Of a stretch of DNA of 64,000 bases, positions 15,001 to 21,185 are shown piece after piece. The stretch lies in the IMG/VR virus record IMGVR_UViG_3300027798_000013; one strand, written 5' to 3'. Every line of letters begins with the position of its first letter. The first letter of the stretch is position 1. The notes under the pieces were generated by a model. It was not told the origin of the DNA and did not search any database. It saw nothing but the letters and a program-made list of their open reading frames with translations. This stretch comes from a virus. Taxonomy: Duplodnaviria; Heunggongvirae; Uroviricota; Caudoviricetes. Both the position numbers and the translations under genes were made by a program.

Positions 15001-17222
15001 CCGTTAGCATTAATTGGCTGAGCTGAAAATGCTTTAATTGTTAAAACGTCAGTAGCTAATAAATCTGTAGCAAATTTAATTTGTTTGTAATTAACCGCAT
15101 CGACCAGAGTCCATTTAACGGAATCGACTCGAGTTCCGTTGACAAATATTCTAATTTCTAAATCAATTAAATTTGTTTTATTATCATAGATGTCTAATGG
15201 AAAATTATTTGTTAGGTTAGAATCCTTGTAAATCCTAATGCCGGGCTGATACCGTGTTACCTTGCTGGTTTGCCAACCATTGACATACGTGGTATCATTA
15301 TTAAATTCTATCTTAGATAAAAATCCAGTGTTAACAGACTTAGTAACTAATACTTCGTTTTCTTTATAATCGAAAGTGTCCGATACTAAGTCAAACGAAA
15401 ATAGAATATCGCCTACATTGTTAATGTTTTGATAACTTAGACTGAATCCAAGAACACTGTCAGCTGTAGTTGTTCCTAATTTGTAGGAAAATATTTTGTT
15501 ACCAACAAATCGTGAACCCGAGTACGAAGAAAAACTTTGTTTATTTTCGTCAAACATGTCAAACAACGGTGATTGATTCACTGTTGTTTTTTGTTGCCCC
15601 AATGCCCACGTGGTTTCATTGTACCAAAATGCTTTGCCTTGATATGTTTGGCCTTGCCTTATTAAAATATTTGAATTTTTAACAGGTTTTTCGTCAAGCA
15701 ATAACCGTATCTGCGGCACGCCTATTCCTGAATTTTCAATATTAACAAACGTAACTTTATAAACATTATTTTTTACTAGTATATCCGCATCAGCAAGAAA
15801 CACAATACGCATACCTTCTGCCAAGTCAACTCCATCGATATTGTATCCGGCAGTACCTTCAATCGTACTGAACACATCTGTAGTGTAAGAGTCTACTAGA
15901 TCAACATCGTTGGTCGACAGTACGCCAAAGTTAAAAAGTTTTAAATCTGGGTTAAATTCAATAATAGGTCTTGTTGCACGGCTAGTTTGGTCGAAATCCG
16001 CAAGTTTATTATTAAATGCCGCGCTGTCGTTGATTGTATCTTTGTGGAACCATCGATTGTATCGTGACCACGGATTTCTATCTTTGCTTGCTTTGTTGAT
16101 AGTGACATAATCTAATTTGCCAGCATAGGAACTTGCGGCCGCAAATGGATATTGGTCAAATAATGTTGAATCAAATGCCACAGCTCGATCTTCTGTGTAT
16201 GTACTAATAACTTCAAATATAGTAGTTGGAATTAAACTAATTGCCGTGCCAACGCCTTCAACATAATACTCACCGGTAGCGTAAGTTGCTGGCGTTACAT
16301 TGCCGCCAAATGATACTTTCATACCGTTGCTTAGTGAAGTGCCGTTTGATAGTGTGTAAGTTTTTTTACCTATCAAATCTTTTTCAAGATCAATGTAGGT
16401 GTTTTCTGTAATATCTAAAAACTTAAAAATAGAACCTAAGTTAGAATCACGTTCACTTACGTAGTATAAAGTATCGGGGCCAGAAATAGGAACTATAAAT
16501 TTAACTGTACCGCTTGTAACTCCAAAATTGCTTACATAACCTTCATCTGTATATCTATCTAACGGGCCCAATGTTCTAGCTGTTTTGATACTGAACGGTT
16601 CTCCGGGACTATTAATTTCAAAATAGTAAGTTTGCCCTCTATATAAGGTTACTACTGGATTTCTATCCAAACCGTTTGGCGTAAACAAATACTCTTTTTG
16701 TTGAGTCGCACTTGTGCTAAGTTCTACTTTAAAGGTGCTTGAAACATTTAACTGCTGGCCAACAATATTAACAACATCTGGACCATATGGCAACCAATAA
16801 TATTGTTGGAAATTAATAAATTTATCCCAGTCAATGTGTGGATCCCAGCTGTAAAATTCTTGGCGGTTTAATCGCTCGTGATTGTCAACGTTGCCGCCAA
16901 ACACTTTTAATTGATTAATAAAATCCTGATAATCTTTAAAGAAGTCCACATTACCAGTAGAATCATTTACTACCACTGCTGGCTCTAACTGATAGTTTTG
17001 TCTTACAGTTGTTGGAGCATTGATATAAATGTCTTTGGCGCTGGCCGACTTGGCATTTTTACGGCCGATGTAACCGTTTACTTTTTTGGCTGTGCCTTTT
17101 TGTGTTAGCTGATCTATTGTTGCCTGTATGAATTTTCTATTATCGTCTGTACGATAATATTTAGGCAGTAAATCTACTGTAGAAAAATTGTTAGAACCTG
17201 TTGGATTTGTGTTATCAGACAT
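1..17222 (-). CDS. Giant (at least 5,740 aa, 3'-truncated by window edge) baseplate wedge/structural protein in the gp7 position, with an FG-GAP-like beta-propeller and many inserted beta-rich modules
   Basis: ATG at 17222 overlaps the gp6 stop (ATGTCTGA) and reads MSDNTNPTGSNNFSTVDLLPKYYRTDDNRKFIQATIDQL. The same frame is coding wherever spot-translated and at the window edge (DEIEVFVGGYDT). The ORF track lists no terminated ORF in this frame, consistent with no stop in the window. Confidence 0.85.
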   Translation of the reverse strand, partial: MSDNTNPTGSNNFSTVDLLPKYYRTDDNRKFIQATIDQLTQKGTAKKVNGYIGRKNAKSASAKDIYINAPTTVRQNYQLEPAVVVNDSTGNVDFFKDYQDFINQLKVFGGNVDNHERLNRQEFYSWDPHIDWDKFINFQQYYWLPYGPDVVNIVGQQLNVSSTFKVELSTSATQQKEYLFTPNGLDRNPVVTLYRGQTYYFEINSPGEPFSIKTARTLGPLDRYTDEGYVSNFGVTSGTVKFIVPISGPDTLYYVSERDSNLGSIFKFLDITENTYIDLEKDLIGKKTYTLSNGTSLSNGMKVSFGGNVTPATYATGEYYVEGVGTAISLIPTTIFEVISTYTEDRAVAFDSTLFDQYPFAAASSYAGKLDYVTINKASKDRNPWSRYNRWFHKDTINDSAAFNNKLADFDQTSRATRPIIEFNPDLKLFNFGVLSTNDVDLVDSYTTDVFSTIEGTAGYNIDGVDLAEGMRIVFLADADILVKNNVYKVTFVNIENSGIGVPQIRLLLDEKPVKNSNILIRQGQTYQGKAFWYNETTWALGQQKTTVNQSPLFDMFDENKQSFSSYSGSRFVGNKIFSYKLGTTTADSVLGFSLSYQNINNVGDILFSFDLVSDTFDYKENEVLVTKSVNTGFLSKIEFNNDTTYVNGWQTSKVTRYQPGIRIYKDSNLTNNFPLDIYDNKTNLIDLEIRIFVNGTRVDSVKWTLVDAVNYKQIKFATDLLATDVLTIKAFSAQPINANGFYEIPINLQNNPLNIDMKYFTLGEVADHLNSIVDNIQENFVGVVSGSNNLRNLGNVTAYGTKFIQHSGPASLALYHITSEQNNIVRALEKSRDDYGKFKHSFLLAAQQLGTDTNVVAQVDLILKKLSANKTKKSSYYFSDMVPFTGKKITEYTVVDNRIRTYPLTTVYSNTELSNKAVSIYLNGVQPPVGVQLLYGIDYIFTTDGYVSINNTVGLVDGDKLTVFEYDSTDGCFIPPTPTKLGLWPKFKPKIYVDYSLLTPRTMIQGHDGSQTLSYGDYRDNIILELEKRIYNNLQIQYDSDIFDIYDIIPGYYRNSDYSLDEINRVLALGFYKWANLVGRDFSKQVGFDKNSTFTYNYRGHSAPDGRELPGYWRGIFRWVYDTDKPNICPWEMLGISEEPSWWQEVYGPAPYTSNNTIMWKDLEEGAVKAPGMPAEYRKQFARPDLLNHLPVDESGNLVSPVSARLATGVFNTDNQGSHIFGDVAPVESAWRRSSYYPFSILIASMILKPAHTLATCLDKSRTVRNLCGQLVYKDTGLHVKPRDILLPSIYSSSSRVYTSGIINYLIEYLVNNNVSYYDEYQYNLDNLDIKLSYRVSGFTSKNNFNLILDSKNPASTGNVFVPPENYKIFYNSSSPIAKLSYSGIIITKLSEGYEIKGYSLSEAFFKYFAPRQELGPRINVGGISASFVNWTAGKTYSVGQTVFYNGKYYRTLYAVTPDVFDSTAFAALPELPVTGGVTSVFRNTWDSSSINVLPYGTVLTSVQQVVDFILGYGEYLKAQGFIFEDFNNNLENVSNWSTTAKEFMFWTTQKWSTGQDTWQQWIPNQAVGYGIIVKYQDIYYRALQNIPAQPMFQETNYVKLDGLNTVGSAVISLSPAANSLSFSSVLSVAEDINNPFNEYEIYKVDGSSLTPADLNSNRQGNIVTFSPDDNGTIYNASFYLVQKEQVLILDNTTVFNDVIYNPESGYRQERIKVAGFISSEWFGGFEVPGFVFDRADIKQWSSWADYALGDIVSYQGYYYSAVRFLPGTNEFESNNWMQIKKPQPSLLPNWSYKAGQFEDFYNLDQANFDTGQQKIAQHLVGYQKRQYLSNIIQDNISEFQFYQGMIKEKGTQNSLNKLFDVLSAENKESLTFYEEWGIRVGQYGASQAYEAVEFLIEQPDLTKNPQGFYLTIQPEASSNYNVNISANDVYVKPRGYNAEPWPVNNAQKLFLRTPGYVQPTDQVFQINTLDTLLTTDVTPFNTGMYIWVTFEKTSWNIYRFSSSDISPSDATYNSSNKTITIFSNNQLDSSLLGQYVALKQIAFAGFYKVVDVNLQDFTIEAPLYKPGPEWPTAETISANLEIFRLYSVRAPSIDNANDIIKAFTSPGDKIWIDKDSTNKWAELELTSVYSNTEIRKPYPTSDMAHGRIVVTNLEGTVAAVSTQVGEVIVYSKQGARWIFKQIIKRPFMAQNVFGQNPNALDTFANSMAMSPDGEFLAIGSPRVGLLATKQLPNGNVVCDQSALNSSNLLQGAVSLYQKTTYDEYLLLFTIASGDNTANQQFGSSLAFGNGKLFIGSIGPTGSGSQATIYELRYVAVEGVATVASNLNADGDDVNAIATVVYDGGLSSTTASTNDLVFDGGTALPIENTSDRWLLTKPGISIANGTSYGFGSDISVTNDNSILVIAAPLAGNVYIYSLDSNKNYNLIQTVAGPSQVVSNPTTTDGVFSFNGNTLSGGAGFRTTTDKFLRTTISSVTTTGGSGAGLVVDVIVNSQGVLQTVTVRDPGQNYKINDVITVVNPLGTGGVLALTWATSVFNSGVQYKIGDTVVYGGNYYVAILSTINNSVTNATYWSPLTFASSTTGIDIVTTTSRSGSNLKVKLAHTTTPGALPGSIIIPVTNVTNFELGQLIFSSTVPTAFASNTYITQVNSVTYSGVIQNNVLTVSKITNGLNPVVAEIIGSITDTTLTIEQLAGANIIPGMQLSGTGISGDYVIVSGSGTIWTISNAVTISTREIKATLYETIKPGMQLGNPALDTASSFTAIVTTKGTANLTGATTTLLGGIASMFNATITGITLTFDAITAGDPVTPGMVLTGAGVTAGTKILYGSGNSWIVNTSQTVASPITITGTLVSASISGFILTFTAFSGATLTPGTVLTGGTVIAGTTIVGGSGTSWTVSLSQTSTCTTATVPNGTISGNTLTFTASTGSPVEIGMVLLGGTVLDGTVITGGSGTTWYVNISQSTTCTQATSQAFLLNAEIKDTTLTFTDNTGIGLFAGMVLSGSGVVSGTYVVSGSETEWVVSAIQTVVPTTITGTTVVLTANTPSSGLILLGQRLSGNGVTSGTAIIASGSGTGKEGTYYVSPAQTVNSFAATSQYIITNPVIIDGITITGAAISGTALTFSGQSGGNVRVGMLVTGSNVLTGTKIVSGSGGSWQVSVTQAVVSTTLLLTGTGRGGIGTYIIDQELTVGLTPTVATGLTINIPLAATLTGSAEVTSLKISNQGFGYAIGDTVTFNRGGGQITMSISTVTANGSIAVATIGDGSVTKDSTQFGQSVAISKNGDYVAIGSPLQSDLQENEGRVYILSNNSAVGNTYREYQQILNPRQQSGDLFGFNIKFANDYKTLLIYSPGADSFDLTTFDTTETIFDSGSLVFKEISQNSGRIDVYDRYSKNWISGESLYTGGSNADGFGQSFAASDNTILVGAPHETEISENISGNPIIEINSGKVYSYEKFAGSFSWTPVHKQTDLIDIKKIKQAFLYNKVSNKLIRYLDIIDPSLGKIAGSAEQEISYKTFYDPAIYTVGSSSVNVDIGNSWQNKQAGKLWWDLRTAKFIDNHSENLIYRNSTLNMLASGASIDIYEWVETQLTPTEWKIQADTDAGLVNNISGTPLYTDSYSVKQYFNAFNNAFENTYYFWVKNKKLIPNVADRNISANAVSELISNPRGQGYPFIALTGKNSFSLINCQNLLNGDNVILGIEYWIIEQSDQNIHAQWKLIDNSTSTKLPAVIEEKWFDSLCGKDQADRPVPDLNLPAKLRYGIESRPRQGMFVNNFEALKQFVERVNLVLINEQIVGQRNISKLESYDAEPQLFTGVFDTIVDTDAELRIVSVSTAKSAVISPVIVNGSIVDVVIQSGGSGYKSSPTITIKGSGVGAKLKAIIDVAGVITGAEIISKGKGYTNSATLQIRPFSVLVRSDSVANGNWSIYSYVTNTITGIQSWVRVKTQSYDVRNYWNKIDWYATGFNQFSIIDFAVDVFAELGTVDPEIGQTVKVRISGSTGWQLLLCYSKSTSVDWTQRFQVIGIENGTLQLSSKLYSFVNNNIGYDSSIYDNTGYDYTASKELRILLNSLKDDILIDTLKSEYLNLFFAGIRYAHTEQTYIDWAFKTSFVKAQHNVGKLKQTITYKNDNLENFQDYIAEVVPYRTTVREFVSNYTSIDNSSSVITDFDLPAIFGSGNNSVIKTFVKDGKITGDRSEIQTYPWKHWLSNVGFQITSITIIDNGSGYVTAPIVRIISNSGSGAVAQAFIANGKVNRILLVSSGTGYLSAPTIIIDGGSSASGSTAKAIAVIGKSNVRSSFIKMKFDRTTNTYYTIQLNETHSFSGTGNKTKFSLVWAPDVKIGQSTVKVDNALVLRDNYTLTTVKSTAKGYTTYSGFITLKTAPALGSTLTVEYLKDIDLLNASDRIQYYYNPTTGQLGKSLDQLMTGVDYGGVIVTGLDYSVSQGWGSIGFMQDLWDSYENTYSDYAVTISNETVISRSFTLPYMPEVFTNINVYYSKIFNTSFTSDGSQLIYTLPSAYTFVDAIQIYLNKIVAGLTVNVTATSTEQISVTQLLTGFNYLKTASTTNLSLGKAIKIISGSFGGFITNLTYYVVAIIDSTTFKVGASVGGSEFTVAGGTGNMVIQYATSSNYLTAPTASLFSGLAFQFNGAVFGGLATGVTYYVKDIVSPTLFTVSATIGGSVFPVSSAQGTMPLSQVAAAPAATVNLNNITGLKVGDLANCSIPGAIADGTSIKQILTATNQVILTNILYGDILAGIQINFVRSLAAPIDFRYLTSVSLQLSEPPSAGAIINVTTSFDPVRIDDENFAKQWVITGTEAGTNIVTTITPITFNIGDTIGFTGTLFGNIQPATTYYIKEIPTNRTFKISATLAGPEYILVSASGSMIGRSTGNPNAVMSTYIADGTAPIITIPSTYTLIAGDVIIFRKSSSDGAVPISASDFDTALDGGTLEYNSATGLNPDDIIVDGDGFVTTNTSGAPEEVVPGQVVDSVAIKVFDRPSDGSATVKVLNYVADGVNKKFSLEQFPNSQDAVYIKLNSTVLATGIDYYLDYPNKQVVLRNVPTNGSIVTLHSFGFNGTNILDADYFVADGKTKEFITKAPYVNTDFNYLVYLDGVAINPTLFKTDNTYDSPNRIGFRFSIAPTKFQTLNYLIVLGNQQTYAVFKNEKLATNGSSTYTLSNTIGSSVPLETSVLVRANQQILQGPRTTYFTISTNQYTYTLDILSVQPYSVNTADLTVYADGILLELNTDYIVDTSAVSISINKKVYSKYKGKRLIINVKSDQDYYIVGNTITFSQAYGLSDYVEVVSAYKHDILQIQRTRTKATNNLQFSSVNADYYRYVGVLGGRIELPSTILTEPQLWVTKNKLLLINGVDYRVNPDLTSITLGTPPAINDEFEAIIFAGESVKAGISYMQFKDMLNRTVYKRLNLYKQNELIQDLYYYDKEIFVKDAGNFDKPNPAINKPGVVEINGERIEYFTVKNNTTLGQLRRGTLGTGVPTVHGTGSKVQDIGPSETIPYVDTFKTEQITIDNYTTKLIIPLSFVPGKTTSSWSATPASLKLFDNAVIQKFVSKTGTGPYLVTFAVPQQSYTPALNKLLLVANNSNTKYNGYHTVSSSNISNSITIVPQSVNPFVPVGSTIDVTFAISTQTTAPVTGIYYVISGSNPIEYNGAWLCSASTSTSITLSIPNNYGVFKVLPSLIKSTHTITVSYDTDPGVYSTKLITTLSASTYGEADEIEVFVGGYDT

Positions 17223-20200
17223 TTGTCGATCCGTAAGCTGAGCTTGTTAATGCTTGTATTGCTACCGCATTTGATTTTAATGTAATATTACCTAAACTAT
17301 TGATGAGAGAAGATGTGATGGACGGAACTATGTCAATATTATCGATAGTTGCACCGCTTATAAAGATTTCGTCAGGGCCTGCTGTGATTTCAAATAAACC
17401 CCCAAACGACAATGTGCTACCCGATGGTACTATAACAAAATTGACTATGTTGGGGCTAAGTTGATTTGTGACATACGCGGCCATTTCTGTAAAATAAAAT
17501 GTATCTCCGAATTCCCAGTTACCCAGTGCAAAAAAGTTATTGATGGCGGCTAGTATCTGTGTCTTGACATCATTATCGGATATCACCATTGATGAATTAA
17601 CGATCACTTTGAATTGTGCTTGCAAATTCTTTTCAGCAGTTGCGCCAAACAGCACTTTGTATTTCACAGGATGATAAATTATTTCGTCAGATATAGATTT
17701 AATTAGATTCAATTTGGGCGCAATTAAATTATTCAATTCGTCACTGCTTGGTGGCAAAGGTTTAGCTGTTATTACACCAGTCAACCATTGTCTAAATAAG
17801 GTATCATAACTATTTGTCAACACAAATACATCCATAATATTACTAACTCCTGGATCTATTCTGTGTGTGTCGCTGGCGTTATGTGTATATTGAAATTTTA
17901 ATTTATCTCTACCTAAAAATACTCTATAATCTAAACTTGGCGTTAATTCAGAAGTAGCACTAGTTAATTTTGCCACTGTATCAATATCTATAAAATAAAA
18001 ATATTGCCCGTCAACATATTGCGAAAATGTTTTAGGTTGGGTTGGCAAAATAACCACTATACTATTAGAGTTGGCAACATATCTATAATCCTCTTGGCCC
18101 GTTTCAACTTGGTATTTTTCTAATACAACAAAGTAAGAAGATAGCAGTGCGCTGGCCGCTGGTATTGCAACATTGTCAAAAGTTTCAGGATCCGTTACCA
18201 CACCTGTATTGTTCTTATCGCTAAATGTAACCACAAGTTTTTTAGTATCGATGTATCCATCTAAACCAATATACTGACTCACTACTTTTAAATTTTGATC
18301 AAATGTAAACGGTTCGGACAAGCCCGGCTGGGTATTGATACTTAAAATATTAATCGAATCAGTTAATAATTTTCCAGAAACATTGTCGTAAACACGCTCT
18401 GTACTATCAAAATAAAATCTTATTTGGAGGTTACTTTCAAATATATAACGTAATTTTCTTGTTGTTATGGTATATGTTACAGTATCTGTGACAAATAATA
18501 ATAACCAGCTGGAATCCAATAACAAGTTGCTAGTGTCGCCTGTTTTATTCAGACTGAAATCATCTGTTGAATTTAAATTTGACTGGAAAATAATTTGCCA
18601 TGACTGAGTGTTTATATCAAAACGCAGGCCGAATGGAAGGTTACTTGTGATAAGATCAATCATTGTTGTGATAACTGACTTGTCTATCACTGTTCGCCAT
18701 ACCGGAATAACACGAGTGGCAATTGCTTTACTTGGTATTATGTCATTTAATGATACTGGGCCTTCGCCTGATATTAAAATTCCTGTTCCGGCCGAAGTGC
18801 CGTCGCCAATTAAAGAAACAATCTCGGCCCATATATAACTACTGGTGTTTGCTTTGACAGGAATTGTTTTAGGTATTAACGCATTATTATTAGATCTGTC
18901 AAACACTTGTGCCGCACCGCTTGCAGACAGCGGAGCTTCAAATTTTATCAGTGACCCAACACCTGCATACTTTAAGGCAGTGGTCGTAAAACTGGAAACC
19001 AAATACGGCTTGCCGTCTGTGGTTGATCCAAAGTAGCCGCTTGAAAAATTAGTATTATCAACAGTATTATACCATGCAATATCCAGTAAAGTGGTACTGA
19101 TTTTTGTGAACTTTGAATAATAGAAATTTCTTAAATTTGCATCTTTTAACAGGTCAAACACAATGTTATAAACTACTGCCTGTGCGTCTGTTTTGCTGGC
19201 GTAGGTAAACGTAGTATCTGTTGAATAGGTGTCCTGATAAAGGATACCGTCGTCTGCAAACAAATTAGTTTTGCTATATTTGCCTGTAGGGTCAATTAAA
19301 TCAAGATATCTACTAACACCACTTGAACTTCTGTTAACAGCTTTAATTTTTATAATTTCTTGACTTACTGCAAGAGGACTGATATTATAATCCTCGCCTG
19401 TGATCATTCTGTTTTGTGTGTAATAAGTTGCGGGCGCATTGGCTTTTACATTGTCGTTACTTTCAGTGGGTGCGCTGTTGTCTACACTTGTTTGTAATGA
19501 CAATGTGAGTGTGAGTTGTTCTTGTTGACCGGTGTTTGAAAAATAAGGTATGGTCATTGTAACCCCGCGGATATCTTGAGGGTTAATAGTATACGATAGT
19601 CCGTTGCTGATACGATAGTACACATTAAATGTGCCTAACGGAAGTGTTCCAAAAATTCCGTCACTAAACGACAATGCCACACGGTCGCCGGCTCTTGTGA
19701 TAACTTTATAGATATTTTTAATTGATTTATTTAAACTGTTATAGATAATATTATTACCTACTAAATTAGGAACAGGAGTCCACAATTCCGATTCGATACC
19801 AGATTGGTCTATCTTGTATAACCATAAATCAGTATCATTGATATCGGGAGAATCTAATTCAACAATTTCATTAGTACTCGGTTGATTAATTGTAAAGTTG
19901 CCTTGATTTAATGTGCCTTGCACAAAATTAAAGAAAAATCCAGTATTAATACTGGCCGCGCCTTGGCCATCATTTTTATAGACACATGCCATACGATTGG
20001 CAATCTTGGGAGATTCTTCGTAAATGTATCCTTGGCCAGCAAACGTGGTACTGGTAACTTCAAAATCCATCTTGGAGCCGTTGACTGTCTTGCTAAAGCC
20101 GTAGATAGGAACTGCGGAGTTTGCTCCGTTGAATTTGTATTGTTCAGTTGGCGTGTTATAAACTGTTGCGCTGTCGCTTGGATTTCCAAATTGCTGGGAT

Positions 20201-20697
20201 GCTGGGAACGCGGCATTCATAACTGCAATAAATTGATCGTACCAGTTGGCATTGGAGCTGTCATTCCAGCTGATGATTTGATTAGCAATATTACGGCCAT
20301 TTGAATCCAATATGTTTTGTGTGGATTGCACTGCCACTACTTTTAGTAGTCCGTTTGATGCTTGATTACGTTTGGCATTATAGCTCAACATACGTGCAAG
20401 ACGTAGCACACTGTCTCGGCGATCTGCTAGCTCTAAGAAGTTTTCACGAGCATTTAAGTCAACACGGAAAGCTATACTTTGGCCCAAATAGGCAATAAGG
20501 TCAATTAAGGCAAGATATTCACTTGATTCAATGTAATCGTTAAAATCTTCTGGAAAGTTCTGGCGCAGATAGTCAATCATGCTCCTACGAATATTTTCAA
20601 AATCGTAACTTTGGAAATCGGCATTACGAAAAGACTGGTATACTTTTCTCCAGTCTTTAGCGATCAATAACCTATTTTGTCTATCAGTTGCACTCAT
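17215..20697 (-). CDS. gp6: Baseplate wedge subunit, T4 gp6-like (extended, 1160 aa)
   Basis: N-terminal DFENIRRSMIDYLRQNFPEDFNDY..SSEYLALIDLIAY..ARENFLELA.RRDSVLRLARMLSY and APATYYTQNRMITGEDY motifs are typical of gp6/baseplate J; it lies next to gp25. Confidence 0.9.
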   Translation of the reverse strand: MSATDRQNRLLIAKDWRKVYQSFRNADFQSYDFENIRRSMIDYLRQNFPEDFNDYIESSEYLALIDLIAYLGQSIAFRVDLNARENFLELADRRDSVLRLARMLSYNAKRNQASNGLLKVVAVQSTQNILDSNGRNIANQIISWNDSSNANWYDQFIAVMNAAFPASQQFGNPSDSATVYNTPTEQYKFNGANSAVPIYGFSKTVNGSKMDFEVTSTTFAGQGYIYEESPKIANRMACVYKNDGQGAASINTGFFFNFVQGTLNQGNFTINQPSTNEIVELDSPDINDTDLWLYKIDQSGIESELWTPVPNLVGNNIIYNSLNKSIKNIYKVITRAGDRVALSFSDGIFGTLPLGTFNVYYRISNGLSYTINPQDIRGVTMTIPYFSNTGQQEQLTLTLSLQTSVDNSAPTESNDNVKANAPATYYTQNRMITGEDYNISPLAVSQEIIKIKAVNRSSSGVSRYLDLIDPTGKYSKTNLFADDGILYQDTYSTDTTFTYASKTDAQAVVYNIVFDLLKDANLRNFYYSKFTKISTTLLDIAWYNTVDNTNFSSGYFGSTTDGKPYLVSSFTTTALKYAGVGSLIKFEAPLSASGAAQVFDRSNNNALIPKTIPVKANTSSYIWAEIVSLIGDGTSAGTGILISGEGPVSLNDIIPSKAIATRVIPVWRTVIDKSVITTMIDLITSNLPFGLRFDINTQSWQIIFQSNLNSTDDFSLNKTGDTSNLLLDSSWLLLFVTDTVTYTITTRKLRYIFESNLQIRFYFDSTERVYDNVSGKLLTDSINILSINTQPGLSEPFTFDQNLKVVSQYIGLDGYIDTKKLVVTFSDKNNTGVVTDPETFDNVAIPAASALLSSYFVVLEKYQVETGQEDYRYVANSNSIVVILPTQPKTFSQYVDGQYFYFIDIDTVAKLTSATSELTPSLDYRVFLGRDKLKFQYTHNASDTHRIDPGVSNIMDVFVLTNSYDTLFRQWLTGVITAKPLPPSSDELNNLIAPKLNLIKSISDEIIYHPVKYKVLFGATAEKNLQAQFKVIVNSSMVISDNDVKTQILAAINNFFALGNWEFGDTFYFTEMAAYVTNQLSPNIVNFVIVPSGSTLSFGGLFEITAGPDEIFISGATIDNIDIVPSITSSLINSLGNITLKSNAVAIQALTSSAYGSTNV

Positions 20698-20715
20698 AAT
20701 CTATCCTATTATCAA

Positions 20716-20721
20716 TATTTA
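20716..20721 (-). promoter_or_regulatory. T4-type late promoter core TAAATA upstream of gp6 and the giant ORF
   Basis: TAAATA on the minus strand about 18 nt upstream of the gp6 ATG, in the short gp25-gp6 spacer. Confidence 0.65.
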
Positions 20722-20744
20722 TTGAATTCTAATATGTACGTATA

Positions 20745-21182
20745 TTAAGACGAAAGCAGTCCTGCCGACTGGTCAAATCGTAATTGCATACTCTGTTGGA
20801 TGTTGTAGGGCAGGTATTTTAAGATACACTCAATTTGAATTCCACTCTCATATGTTGTGACTATGACATTTTGTGCAACCAATCTAGGATCATAATTTAT
20901 AATTTCGTTAACGTTGTTTACTATGCTTTCTTTAAGTTCTTCAGTCATTGGCTCAAACAACATGTCCCAAATTATGGTTCCAAATTGCGGATTCATCAGT
21001 CGTTCGCCTCTGCGGGTGTGAAAGTGATTTAAAAGATCCTGTTTGATCAATTCTAAATCATACAGCACAAATCCCTCAGAGCTAGTATTGACTGTGCTAA
21101 ATCCCTTGTATGCCTGTGGAATTGGGTCTACCACCGTTGGCACTGCGGGTACTGTGATCCTATCGTATAAAGTCGATGCCAT
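20745..21182 (-). CDS. gp25: Baseplate wedge subunit gp25 (gpW/gp25 family)
   Basis: LYDLELIKQDLLNHFHTRRGERLMNPQFGTIIWDMLFEP...INYDPR motif; 145 aa. Confidence 0.92.
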   Translation of the reverse strand: MASTLYDRITVPAVPTVVDPIPQAYKGFSTVNTSSEGFVLYDLELIKQDLLNHFHTRRGERLMNPQFGTIIWDMLFEPMTEELKESIVNNVNEIINYDPRLVAQNVIVTTYESGIQIECILKYLPYNIQQSMQLRFDQSAGLLSS

Positions 21183-21185
21183 ATG

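Noticed and set aside
277-16110. Many short ORFs in the track on both strands
   Set aside because: They are shadow frames of the giant minus-strand ORF, without convincing motifs.
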